Under the pieces are notes generated by a model. It searched no databases and had not been told where the DNA came from. It saw only the letters and a list, made by a program, of their open reading frames with translations. This document shows positions 53,405 to 64,000 of a stretch of 64,000 bases of DNA, piece after piece (within the stretch, counting starts at the first letter, position 1; the number at the start of each line of letters is the position of its first letter). A program made the translations under genes and the position numbers. The stretch is from Callorhinchus milii. Its lineage: Eukaryota. The stretch covers positions 124,126,001-124,190,000 of the forward strand of contig NW_024704742.1 of NCBI RefSeq assembly GCF_018977255.1, read 5' to 3'.

Positions 53405-53757
53405 TAAAAATCCTTGTTTTCAAATCCCTTCATGCCCTGGCACCTGCCTACCTCTCCAACCTGCTTACCCCGCAACCTCCACTCGTCTGCTTTCTGATTT
53501 CCCTCGTGCCCTCCGGTTCCACCTTTGGTGGCCGTGCCTTCAGCCATTATGTCCCGAAACTCTGGCACACTCCTCCTCTATCCCTCCGCCTTGCGCCTTT
53601 CTTCCCCATCTTCAGGGCGTGCCTGAAGACCTTCCTATTCAACTGTACCTACGGTCACCACCCCCTTCCCCCTGCTTGGCGTCATGCTCCACCTCTCACG
53701 CACTCCTGGGCCCTACCCTGTGTGAGGGGCACTATATAAATGCAAGCTGTTGTTGAT
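53405..53757 (+). mobile_element. L2 LINE 3' end
   Basis: FKSLHALAPAYL..GGRAFSH..PKLW..LKTFLF and a ttgttg tail. Confidence 0.85.
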
Positions 53758-54784
53758 GAGATGTTTAAAAGGACACTAGGAAACATGGATGTGCAAATTA
53801 GATGGGATGGTTGCAATGGTCTGCTCATGTTTGAAACTGTTACGAGAGAAAAATAAATTGCAAGTGCTCACAGGATTGATAGTAAAATATATTTCTGCTG
53901 GATTTGAAATATTCAAAAAATCTTAATCTAAACAATGATTTATTTGTTGTGTGAAGTCATTACTCTACACTTTTTACACATAACTAAATGTTTTATCGAT
54001 GAGCACATTTTAAACCACCTCATAAATTGTTTTTAAAAATTATTTAGGTTTTATGAAGTTGTAATCATTCTGGATATAATCACTAATCTAACCATAAAGA
54101 CCATAATATTAATATATGAATTTTAAGCGTATACAGAGTCCAATTACGTAAAAATTAACTGATCCGTTCAGGGCTAGAATTAAAAATAGAATTTAAACAT
54201 GAACAAGGCTTTCAATTAACATGCCATTTGCTCAAATCCCCATTCCAATCATCTCTCCCTTTTCCTCTTCTCCAGATAGTGAGCTATGCTGGGATACACT
54301 GCACTCTAAAACCAGACTGCCCTTTGGCATCTCACCTAAGTAGCCTTTCTTCAGGAATGAGCTTAGCCAACAAACATCAATGTTCAATTGACCATGAGGA
54401 ATTGAGATCAATCCTGTTCTCTCTGGAATCCAGAGACAGAGGCCATGATTAGATATTTTGGAGTGAAACTTTGGCTAATTTTCTTCTACTAGTTCAAGGT
54501 CAAGACTTACAACACTGCCCATAGGATACAACTTGGAAGTCAGTTAACTCAGCACAGATCAGGTTCTTTCTATGGTTTAGCATCACATTATGATCCACTT
54601 TAACCAATGCCTTTATTCACTGCACCATTTGCAGAGACCCAATCCTTTAGATTTTAAGAATACAGAGCAATCAAATATATTTCCCAAACTGTGTTAAGTG
54701 TACAATACAGCTGCTTCAAAATACTTTTCTTTCCTGTCCACTACCATCAGCATTTTCCAGTGAACATAGTAAGCATCCTCAACA

Positions 54785-55033
54785 GAGTGAAACCTTGGGC
54801 AAGTTTCCTTACTCCACGCACCTGATAATAATCCCTCAAGAAAATAAAACAATAATAAATTGGTTACTTCAAAACCATAACTGTTTGTGGGACACTGCTG
54901 TAGGCAATTGTCTGCCACATTTCGCCCACAAATATACAGTCAATTCACTTTACAGTCTATTCTGTGAAGCTCTTTGAGACGTCTGGAAGACGTGAAAAGC
55001 GCTATATCAAATGCAAGGATTATTATTATTATT
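54785..55033 (+). mobile_element. Same SINE family, head truncated
   Basis: aaccttgggcaagtttccttactccacgcacctgataataatccctcaag...gcgctatatcaaatgcaaggattattatt. Shorter copies lie at about 10720-10825, 19910-20010, 21715-21815, 23815-23905, 31500-31690, 49730-49840 and 52293-52410. Confidence 0.88.
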
Positions 55034-55039
55034 TAGGTT

Positions 55040-55665
55040 AAACAAAACGCAAGATACTACAGATGCTGGAAATCTGAAACAAAAAACAGAAGTCGCTGGA
55101 AACACTCAACAGGTCAGGCAGCATCTGTGTAGAAAGGAAAGTGAGTCAAAGTTTTGAGTCCATGACCTTCGTCAGAACTGGGGCATGTTGGGAGGGAGAA
55201 GCTTTTAAGGGATAACAGAGAGGGAGAAGGGGGGAGGCAGGGCAAGGAAGACAAAGGAGAAAATGGGGTAGAGAACAGGGGATGATGGGTTAGAGGTGTT
55301 AATGAAGCAAAACAAAGGGAGAGAATGATTGTAACAAAATAGGCAGACCAGAGAGTGAAAAGGTGTATCTGGGGCCAAGATGATGCTCCCAGACACAGAA
55401 GAGAGGAAGGGGGAAGGTGAACTGTTATGGTCTGAAATTGCATCTCAATTAATATTGAGGCCAGAGGGCCTTGGGAAGTCCTCCCGACGTGAAAGGCACT
55501 CTATAAATACAATCTTGTGGTTGTTGTTGTTGTTGTTGTTGTTGTAAGATCCCTAGCAGATAAATGAGGTGCTGTTCCTCAAGCTTGCACTGTGGCTCAT
55601 TGGAACAGCGTAGGAGACCGTGGATGGAGAGGTCAGAGTGCGAGTGGGTGGAGAGTTGCAGTAGC
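55040..55665 (-). mobile_element. Penelope-like element 3' end, with an L2 tail inserted at about 55465-55545
   Basis: HSHSDLSIHGLL.C..E...KLEEQHLIYLLG matches the C-terminus of the Penelope GIY-YIG region; terminal repeat acagatgctgcctgacctgttgagtgtttccagc. Confidence 0.8.
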
Positions 55666-57569
55666 CAAGGCATTTAGGCTATCCAGCTCGAGTCAATTCA
55701 GACCAAATGTTCAAGTTTCCCTAATCTATTATTTATTCTATATGCACACAGACCTGCAGGGATTAATTCAGCATGACATTAAATTACTCAGAATAATGAC
55801 TGCTAAAAAGTACATTTATGTTTTGCTTCAGCACATGAGCAACAACCAAACATTTTTCTTAGCTACATGCAAGAAAGCTGATACATCTTTCTAATTAGGA
55901 TTCATGGTTGAGAATATATGTCACACCCTATCTTCCTCCAACCAGACTTCCTTTTTACATATCTCAAAACAAATATCTATATACAATAAGATTACAACAA
56001 CAAGATTATATTTGTATAACGCCTTTCACATCAGGAGGACGTCCCAAGGCGCTGGTCAGAGTACAGCATTTCAGACCCGAGCTGGGGTTGGCGGGTAAGG
56101 GAGGGGAAGGGGGGTGGCCGATGGCCAATGGCATATAATAAATGTAAAATGTTAATTTCTGCGCATCGGAACAAACAGTAAAACTTAGTTTGATCTTTTA
56201 TTCAGTGAAAATCATCTTTTCTTTCTTTAAGGAATCTTGCTGAGAAATAAATTCTGAGGAATTGTGGGATCAAATGCAAGTATTAGTATTATTATCAATG
56301 GATTTTTTAACATGGATTTGGCATTTCACATAGCAAGATAGATCTACACAAACTTTTTTTAAAAAAAGGAATTTTTAAAATTATTTTGGTGACTTTTTAA
56401 AAATGTTTTTAAAATAAAAATCTTTATACAGCATAACACTAAATCACTCAGAATAATGACTGCCAATGTACTGAGTTTCCATGAAAAACAGTTTATATTA
56501 TTCTATTGGCTATAAGAAAGTCACACCCTATTTTCCTCAAACCAGACTTCCTTTTTATGTATCTCAACACATCAGCAACCAAAACGAGGTTACTTTGGTT
56601 AATGCTATGCAATGTTTGATAAGATAATTTTAAAACTAACATTTCATCTTATAAACCTACCGCAATAGAGAAACAAAGAAATGATCTATTAGCAACATTA
56701 ATTTCACCATGACCCAACAATATTGCCCTATAATAACATGCCCATGCTTATTCACTCCTTTCATACTTCCCACCCTAACTTTTCAAATGAACTCACCAGT
56801 CTCTCTAGATCTACCATCTATAATATCTAGCTAATCTAAAACTCTGCCGTCCACATGCTTACCTACACCAAATTCCATACACCCATCACCCCCATCATTG
56901 CCAGACCCTACTGGATCCCCGTCTCCAAACAGATCAACTTCAACGTTGTCACTCTAACATATAAATCCCAGTACAGTAGCATTCCATATCTTTATAATCT
57001 TCTCCTCATCGTCTGCTCGTCCCCTCCTCAGCCTGTGTGAGCAAACCCAGACAAACTCAGAACTGATGCACATCCCTCGTCTCCCGCAAGCTACCATCAT
57101 TGGCCAAACCTTCAGCTACCGTGCACCTGAGCACTGAAACTCGTTGCCTCTACCCGTGTGTCTTACTCCTCCTCTATCCACCTTTAAATCCCTTCTAAAA
57201 TCACATCTACATTACAGCTGACCTTAAATTCACACAGCTCTTTTGGATTTAAGGCTTTCCAAAATTTACCTGAGATCTGAACATTTGGAAAGATCCTTGA
57301 AAAGGCAATGAATCTGAAGAAGAAATTTACTTCATTTTGGTCAAGATCATAAGTGAAGGAAACAAGAGACAATGCAAGTAAAGTAAATTAATGTGATTCG
57401 CCCCTGATTAAGCTTATGAGTTTATATACAAAGTTTTTTTTATAGCTCCCACACTAACAGCACAATTACACAAATGATTCTAAGTTGGTGTAGAGCAGTT
57501 TTCTCACTGTATCAACATAATATAGTAAACTCCTGATAACTCATCACTCCAAGGGAAAAGGGCTCCATG

Positions 57570-57828
57570 ACTAGTTATCCAGTAAACAAAAGGCAAAGTA
57601 CTGCAGATGCTGGAAGTCTGGTATAAACACAGAAGTCGCTAGGAACATGTAGCAGGTCAGGGAGCATCCATGGAGAGAGGAAAATTAGTTACTGTTTCAG
57701 GTCAATGATCTTTTGTCCGAACTAGTATAAAGGTAATTGACCTGAAACGTTAACTCATTTTCCTCTCTCCATGGATGCTGCCGGCTCTGCTGCGTGTTCC
57801 CAGTGACTTCTGTGTTTATACTAGTTAT
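57570..57828. mobile_element. Inverted pair of Penelope terminal repeats (hairpin element)
   Basis: Arms of ~86 bp at 57621-57706 and 57736-57821 are reverse complements and homologous to 55040-55180; flanked by direct ACTAGTTAT. Confidence 0.8.
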
Positions 57829-57877
57829 TATCCCGTGGCTAGTTAGGCATAGATCCTCCCAGGCCACAAGGAGGCAT

Positions 57878-58057
57878 TGTGACTGGTGCGAGTGCTTGGT
57901 AAAGATTGGGCACAGGTACTCAGATGCATCATAGATGCCTCTGGTCTATTGGAGGTCTGTGCCAGGACCTCCCACCCTAACCTGCCATGGCATTGTCCAA
58001 TAGACCTGAGGCTTCTGGGATGCATCTGAGCAAACACACCAACCACTACCAGTCACA
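57878..58057. repeat. Palindromic MITE-like element
   Basis: Inner arms 57919-57953 and 57996-58030 (31/35 complementary); outer arms tgtgactggt and accagtcaca. Confidence 0.7.
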
Positions 58058-59132
58058 GGATAGGGTGGGCGGCCTCTGTGATGCAAGACACCATCTTATA
58101 GGGCGAGTTATCCGAAGTAAGTACTTCCAAGAATTTCTAGAATATGACTGGCTACATCTTAAGCTGAGTGACAAGTGAAGCAAAGTCCCTTATTAATATT
58201 TTGCATGGGAAGTTGCCACGTTATTAACAGCATGATTAGTTAAGTGGTAGTGACAAGTTAAGCCAGGATCTTTTTAGGAGGTACCATATAATATTTGTAC
58301 CTGATATAATGACTAATTTTATGTCTCAAAATACTTCACAGGTAATCTCTGCCAAGTGTATTGATTGTGTTGCTATAATTGGTGATTGTCTCTTGAAGAG
58401 ACTTTGATCACCACCGTGAAGTGAATGACTTTTTATGTGTAGGATTGCCAGCCATCACACCTCAGAGAAATGTCTTTCACATTTGTCTATTTTCCTGGGA
58501 ACTACTCCAATACTGCAGTGAATTGTCAGCCTAGAGTATGAATTGGAAGACGCTATGTGGGGCTTGAATACACAACCTTCTGAACCAGAAGTGAAAGTTC
58601 TGCAAACTGAGCTGACACCCATATTTTGATATAAATATTTGTGTTTGGATTTTTGAATCCTAGAAGCAATAAAATATTGGGAAGCAATGGGAAGAGGTAG
58701 TGTCACAACATGCAAACTCCACTCTGGCTCCAGTACTAAGCAAGTTGTGAACTAAACTGTGAAAGGTCTCTGAGAACCACTTTTAGCTTTTGATGTAAAT
58801 CAAGAGCCAACAGGACAACTGGTTCTTCATTAGTATTAATTGGTAACTAATTGATTTGAGTTCTAATTGGTATTCAGAAATTGGTGAAAGGTAATCTGTA
58901 TTCATGTTACACTTCACTTGAGTTCAGTACACATTTGTACTGCAAGTCCAGCAGGTAATATTGTCAAAGCAGTATCAGCAGCATAAAAACATCATAACTG
59001 TACATCATAAATCACAACCTTAAACAAGTTTTAAATATTGTTCAGGAAGTCTATTGCATTTTTATCATTTAAGCAAATACGAGTACTTTTATATTTTTAA
59101 AAATTCTTCCTAAGATATTACTAAAGATTCTC

Positions 59133-59386
59133 AACTCTTCTGCCTCCACACTCTGGAACTCCATCCCACGGTCCCTTCGCCTCGCTTCCTCCCTCGCATC
59201 CTTCAAGGCCGGTCTCAAGACCCTTCTCTTCGACGTGCCTTTGGTCTCCCTCCCACCTCTCTGCCTTCCCTCACCCCTACACCACCCCTCCCCAATGCTC
59301 AGGCCCCAACATCTGACTGTTCAGCGCTTTGGGGTGTCCTCTCGACGTGAAAGGCGCGCTACAAATATAGTTTTGTTGTTGTTGTT
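59133..59386 (+). mobile_element. L2 LINE 3' end
   Basis: ctctggaactcc...ctcaagacccttctcttcgac...gacgtgaaaggcgc...(TTG)n. Similar fragments lie at about 7750-7995(-), 18585-18765(-), 49090-49500(-), 51200-51450(+), 55990-56125(-) and 56820-57200(+). Confidence 0.88.
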
Positions 59387-59996
59387 CTAGTCAAGCTCAA
59401 ACCAAACTTAAGTCACGAGTACTTGAAAATAATCTTCAATTGGTAACAACCTTAAACATTTAAATGTCATGCTTTTCCCTTACCCTTCCACCCACACATG
59501 AAGTGAACAAGTCATTACAAATACACCAGAGAATGCTTATTAACATTTAAGCAAGATAATGATAAACCATCCACATTAAGAATATATGCGCCCTAGACTC
59601 TTCATAATGAAATGGGAAAAGTAAAATTTCCACCCGACTTAAATATATTCAAATATATATTCAAGATTTGAATTCTGTTGTATACTTTCATCCATGATTT
59701 TCACCATATTCAACAAGTAGGAGATCTTTCATTATTTTAGCCACCTCTTGAAATGGACTACCAAAATACCTTTACTCTTAAAACTACAACACACTAATTC
59801 TAATAAATGAAATCTCCCAGTCAACTTTATATTCTGCAAAAGAACGACGTGCCCAATGGGTTTCCAATGAGTCATGAATCTAACGTGTAAAGCTTACAAA
59901 CCCTAATTGGAACAGATAGGATAGGATACACTTCGCTTAACCACGTGCAAATATTAATATGTCGAACGGGGGAGGGGGGGGGGAACGAACCAATAC

Positions 59997-61599
59997 CTTT
60001 CTGGACGTGGATAATATCGGGGAAATTGGCCAAGTGTCCCTGGTAAAGTGCTAATAAGTCCACGATTGGGTCCAGATCCTGTTTGGGTTGTTCTGCAAAA
60101 AGTTCACCTATGCCATCGTATGCGTCGCCGGTAAAAGCAATGGCACGGTTGAGTCCCACTGAAAAGGGCTGTTGATCCATCTCAAAAGCTTGACTGAGGA
60201 TGCGGAAAGAGGTACCGACTTTCTGAAACTCCTTCTTGAAGCCCCCCGCTTGCTTCCTCCCAAACTCGTTGGCGGTGTGGCTCATCTGGAAAACGCTCTC
60301 GTCCATCTTTTTCGTGAAGGTTTTGAAGCCGTCGATCTTGCTCTCCACCTCCTGCAGGTCCAGGGGGTTCGGGGGGTTGCTGAGCGTCAGGAAGAAGTTG
60401 GCGCCGACCATCTCGTCCTTCTCGGATTTCCTCTTGCCCTGTTTCCAAGCTTTCTCGTCGCTGCAGGTGAGGAAGTGCTGGAAGACGTCGCAGCGGGACA
60501 GCACCGGGTGGCTGGTCATGTGGCTCATCCACAAGATGAGACCCTTCTTCCTCTTGGAGATGAAGTCCTCCTCGAACCTGCCGGTGGCCTGCTTCTCGGG
60601 GATGTGCGGCACCGAGATGACGGGGAACTTCTCGACCAGCCGGGCGTACAGCCAGTCGAAGTGCTTGTACCTGCGGTTCACCTGGACCTGGGTGTGAGTG
60701 GGCAGCAGCTTGTAGGAGATGTAGCTCTTGATGCCTTTGAACTTGGTCTGCTTGGTGGGGTCGTCGATGGTGCAGGCGAAGGGGTACGGGTTCTCCTGCC
60801 ACTCGGGGCCGTGCGGACCCATCACCACGCAGATCTTGTCGCCGTCCTTCACGAAGCCCGACGCCTCGCCCAGGATGAAAGCCTCGCCGCCCGACTTGAC
60901 GAAGGTGGAGAAGCGGTTCAGGTTCCTGCCGACCGTGGACGTGCTCTTGGCCGTGGCCGAGCCCCTGGTGGCCCCGGTGCTCACTTTGTACCGGCCCGTC
61001 CCGTCGAAATCCGAGTAGCCGCCGCCGCCTCCTCCTCCTCCTCCGCCGCCGCCGCCGCGACCGGACAGCGGCTCGTCCGCCACCGTCGAGTTGTCATCCC
61101 AGTCGTCGTCCCAGTCATCGTCGTCTCCGCTGCCCGAAGCCTGTTGCAGACCCCCGCTCTCCCCCCCGCCCCCGCCCAGGCCGTGCACGGCGGCAGAGGA
61201 AGGGGAGAAAGTGGAGACGCCGGGGAGGGACGGCAGCGAGAAGCCGCTCTGCGGCCGGAGCACCACCGGCCCCGAGCCCGAGTCGTGGTCGCCGGGTACA
61301 TTGGCGTAGCGGGAGCTGGTGGGGAGGGGGGGGTCCCCGGGGCCGTGCGGCGGCGGCGGGGGCGGCGGCTGCTGCTGCTGCGGCGGCGGCGGCGGCTGTT
61401 GATGTTGTTGTTCCTGCTGCCGCAGGATCTGAACGTACGAGGCCGGGAAGAGGCCCCTCTCGCCCCGGCTGTTGACCCCCTCCAGCCAGCCCTCGATGTC
61501 GTGCTCGCTGTACACGGTCAGCACCTCGTTCTCCCGCACGGACACCTCCCCCACGTTCTCGCTCTGGAAGTCGTACAGAGCCCGAGCCTGGAGCGCCAT
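59997..61599 (-). CDS. SNX18: Sorting nexin-18, coding exon 1 (SH3, low-complexity region, PX, most of BAR)
   Basis: The ORF starts [27 protein letters not shown]...[22 protein letters not shown] (SNX18-type SH3, closer to SNX18 than SNX33/SNX9). It has an acidic [10 protein letters not shown] motif, a PX domain (RRYKHFDWL...[14 protein letters not shown]) and BAR sequence. Homology ends at HVQK-G, followed by the donor AAAG|GTATTG (GT at 59996-59995), phase 1. Confidence 0.97.
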
Positions 61600-62250
61600 C
61601 CCTGCCCTCCCTCCCGCCCCCCGGGCCCTGCCCTCCCGGCCCCCCGCCCCGGCCCTCCCGGCCCCGGAGCCTCCCGGCCCGCAGTGGCCGCGAACTGGAC
61701 CACTTGTTGTGCCGCCGCCTCCTCCTCCTCCTCCTCTCGCCCCGGTCTCGCTGTCTCTCTCCCGCTGCTGCCCCTTTCAGGTCCTCTCGGTGCTGCTCTT
61801 GTTTTTTTTTGTCTCTCTCTTCTCTCTCTCTTTCACTCACTCTCTCTCTCTCTCTCTCTCTGGCCGGACACCCCTCCCTCACTCACTCTCTCTCTCTCTC
61901 TCTGGCCGGACACCCCTCCCTCCTTCCCTCCTCGCACTCCCTCCCTCTCTCTCTCTCTGGGGGTGAGCGAGGGGTTTCGTTAACGGACTCCGCGCGCGCA
62001 CCGCTCGCTCACTCACTCACTCACACAGCGGGGGCCGAGCCCCGGAGCGCGAGCCGCGCCGCCGTCTGTCACTCACTCACTCACTCACTCAGCGCGAGAC
62101 ACACACACACATACAGCTCTCACACCACCACCACCAACCACTGGGTCTGTGCAGGAGAGCTCCCACACCGCACACTCAAGTGAGAGTCAGTGGGGGTTGG
62201 GGGTGGGGGTGTCGCCAGGCGCAACGCAACACAACCCCCTCCCCCTTGAA
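60100..62250. promoter_or_regulatory. CpG island covering the SNX18 promoter, 5' UTR and exon 1
   Basis: GC and CpG content rise abruptly (cgcgcgcg, gccgccgcc runs) against the CpG-poor, AT-rich rest of the window. Confidence 0.85.
61815..62110. repeat. (CT)n, (TCAC)n and (CA)n microsatellites plus a duplicated tggccggacacccctccctc unit in the SNX18 5' region
   Basis: Directly visible simple repeats; the 20-mer occurs at about 61861 and 61903. Confidence 0.85.
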
Positions 62251-64000
62251 CCGCCAACAACTTGCTGCTCTTTGCATCAACTGCTTTCTTTGCAGCTCTC
62301 CCCCTCTCTCCTCTCTTTTGCATCTTCCTTATACTACTTCTTCTCCTCCTCCATTCCTTCCCCTCTTCTGCGACTCTCAAGCTTTTCATCGCATAGCCCA
62401 CCCCCCCCTCGTTAGACACCTCACACTCCTCCTTTCCTTTGCATTTATTTCTCTCCCTCTCACATATGATTTGGTGATTGAATGAGACTCCTGTCCAAAC
62501 AGGAACTTTTGCACCTGGTGTCATTGGAAATTCTTAATATCCTAACTGATCTTGGTGGGGGTTTTTTTTTGTGGGGAGGGTGGGTGGGACGAGTGAATAT
62601 TTTTAGTTGCAAAAAAGAGATATTTATTAAAAAAAAACTCTTGCACCTTTGCTTTCGACCGCACCGTTGACAGGGCGTTGCTCTGTGAATGAAATCATTC
62701 CATTCCAGGTGCCCCGAGGGAACCACGCGAAGCAACTTCGTGAGAGCGGAATAATAAGTGTGGCATTTAACACCCAAGGCTAACACTTGATGTTATATAG
62801 GATATCAAAAATGCAAATGCAAGGATTATTATTAAAACGTGCTTGTGACTGGTCAGACCACGAGCAGTCAGTTCACCTTCTTGGCTATTGCAATTGATCC
62901 CAATGATTAGCGAGAATAACAATTCGACCTGAACTACTTTGCAACTCTGGATAGTTGAGAAAAAACAGCTGTAACCCCAGTAACTCACTGGCAGGAGCCA
63001 GTTTCCTTTCCATAAACAACTGAATAAATAGACTGTTTTTTGTCCTGTGCGCCAGACTCACTGATCTGATGAATAAATAATAAGGGAGACTTGATGGGGA
63101 CCAGTGCGATGTGATTTATATCTCTCCGATGCGTTAACTCGACAGGAAAGAAGTCACTAGTGAATTATAATTAGCACAACAAAGTGGGATATAGGTTGTA
63201 TCCCATGGCTCAATGTGTGTTATTTTTATACGATATGTGTTATTAATATACTATATGTTCGTTAAATGATTTAAGTGATACAAGTTGGATATGTTTTCAT
63301 TTTAGATGGAGCCAATTTTGATTTGGAAATGTCAGAATCATTTCCTTGACAAGATTGTGAAACTTTTTTTTCTCCAGTGCTCACTGTTGACAATTGTTGT
63401 CATCTCTAAAAAATCTAAATAAATACGTGTGGTACAAATATATTCTTTACGTTTTCCTTGCTTTTCCATCAAGTATTGAATGCCTGCATCCATTTTTGAG
63501 ATAACTCAGCAATGTGATAAGGCGCTATATTAAATGCAAGGATTATTCTTATTTGTCTCTCAAACTGAACTGGTGGCCTTTCAAGCATACTGTAATTCTG
63601 AAACTAGCAAACACACACATGACACACACAAGCACACATTCCTTCACTATATTCCATTCCACAACTGCCTGCCAACGGAAGATTTCTTACCACACAATGC
63701 CTAGAAGATGGGGCCTGAATGCAGTCAGAGTAACTAAAAATCCCTCAAATCTTTAAAAATGATCTTTATTAGATAAATAAAGTAGTGGGTGGATTTATAG
63801 ACAAGCACAGCAGCCAATTTGTGCACAACAATGTTCCACAAACAGTTGTGAAGTGAATGACCAATATTTTATCGGGAAAACTCATTTCTCATTTTGCATG
63901 TGATCTTTAACAACCACCCAAACAGACAGACAGGACCTCAATTTAACATTTCATCCAAAGGATGGCACCTTCATCAATGCAGTGCCTCTCGAATGTCAAC

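Larger units (their letters stand above)
38861..59996 (-). other. SNX18: SNX18 intron (21,136 bp, GT-AG, phase 1)
   Basis: Canonical GT and AG ends whose joining preserves the reading frame; repeat-rich interior. Confidence 0.93.

Noticed and set aside
60172..61983. 603-aa plus-strand ORF and other long ORFs overlapping SNX18 exon 1
   Set aside because: These are antisense or alternative-frame shadows of a GC-rich CDS and CpG island, with non-ATG or incidental starts, low complexity and no recognisable domain.

Overview
This is vertebrate genomic DNA, very probably from a cartilaginous fish, judged by its repeat content (CR1, L2, Deu-domain SINEs and Penelope ends). One protein-coding gene is secure: SNX18 (SH3-LC-PX-BAR sorting nexin) on the minus strand. 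Its two coding exons (61599-59997 and 38860-38607, 618 aa) flank a 21.1-kb phase-1 intron, and it has a CpG-island promoter. Most of the rest is AT-rich non-coding DNA full of decayed retroelements. Three things stand out. (1) Downstream of SNX18 there is a candidate small minus-strand transcription unit: CCAAT, TATA and Inr at canonical spacing (16.0-16.1 kb), a 50-nt first exon, and a terminal exon with AATAAA and a GU-rich element (15.1-14.5 kb). It has only micro-ORFs, plus possible upstream exons at 21.1 and 22.2 kb. (2) A dispersed ~600-bp repeat (7 copies) traces to the 3' end of a degraded RTE/RTEX-like LINE at 44.6-47.0 kb. (3) The SNX18 intron holds several long hairpins, including a pre-miRNA-like one and Penelope ends with vestigial hammerhead motifs. 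Repeat boundaries are approximate, and family names come from remembered motifs rather than a database search.
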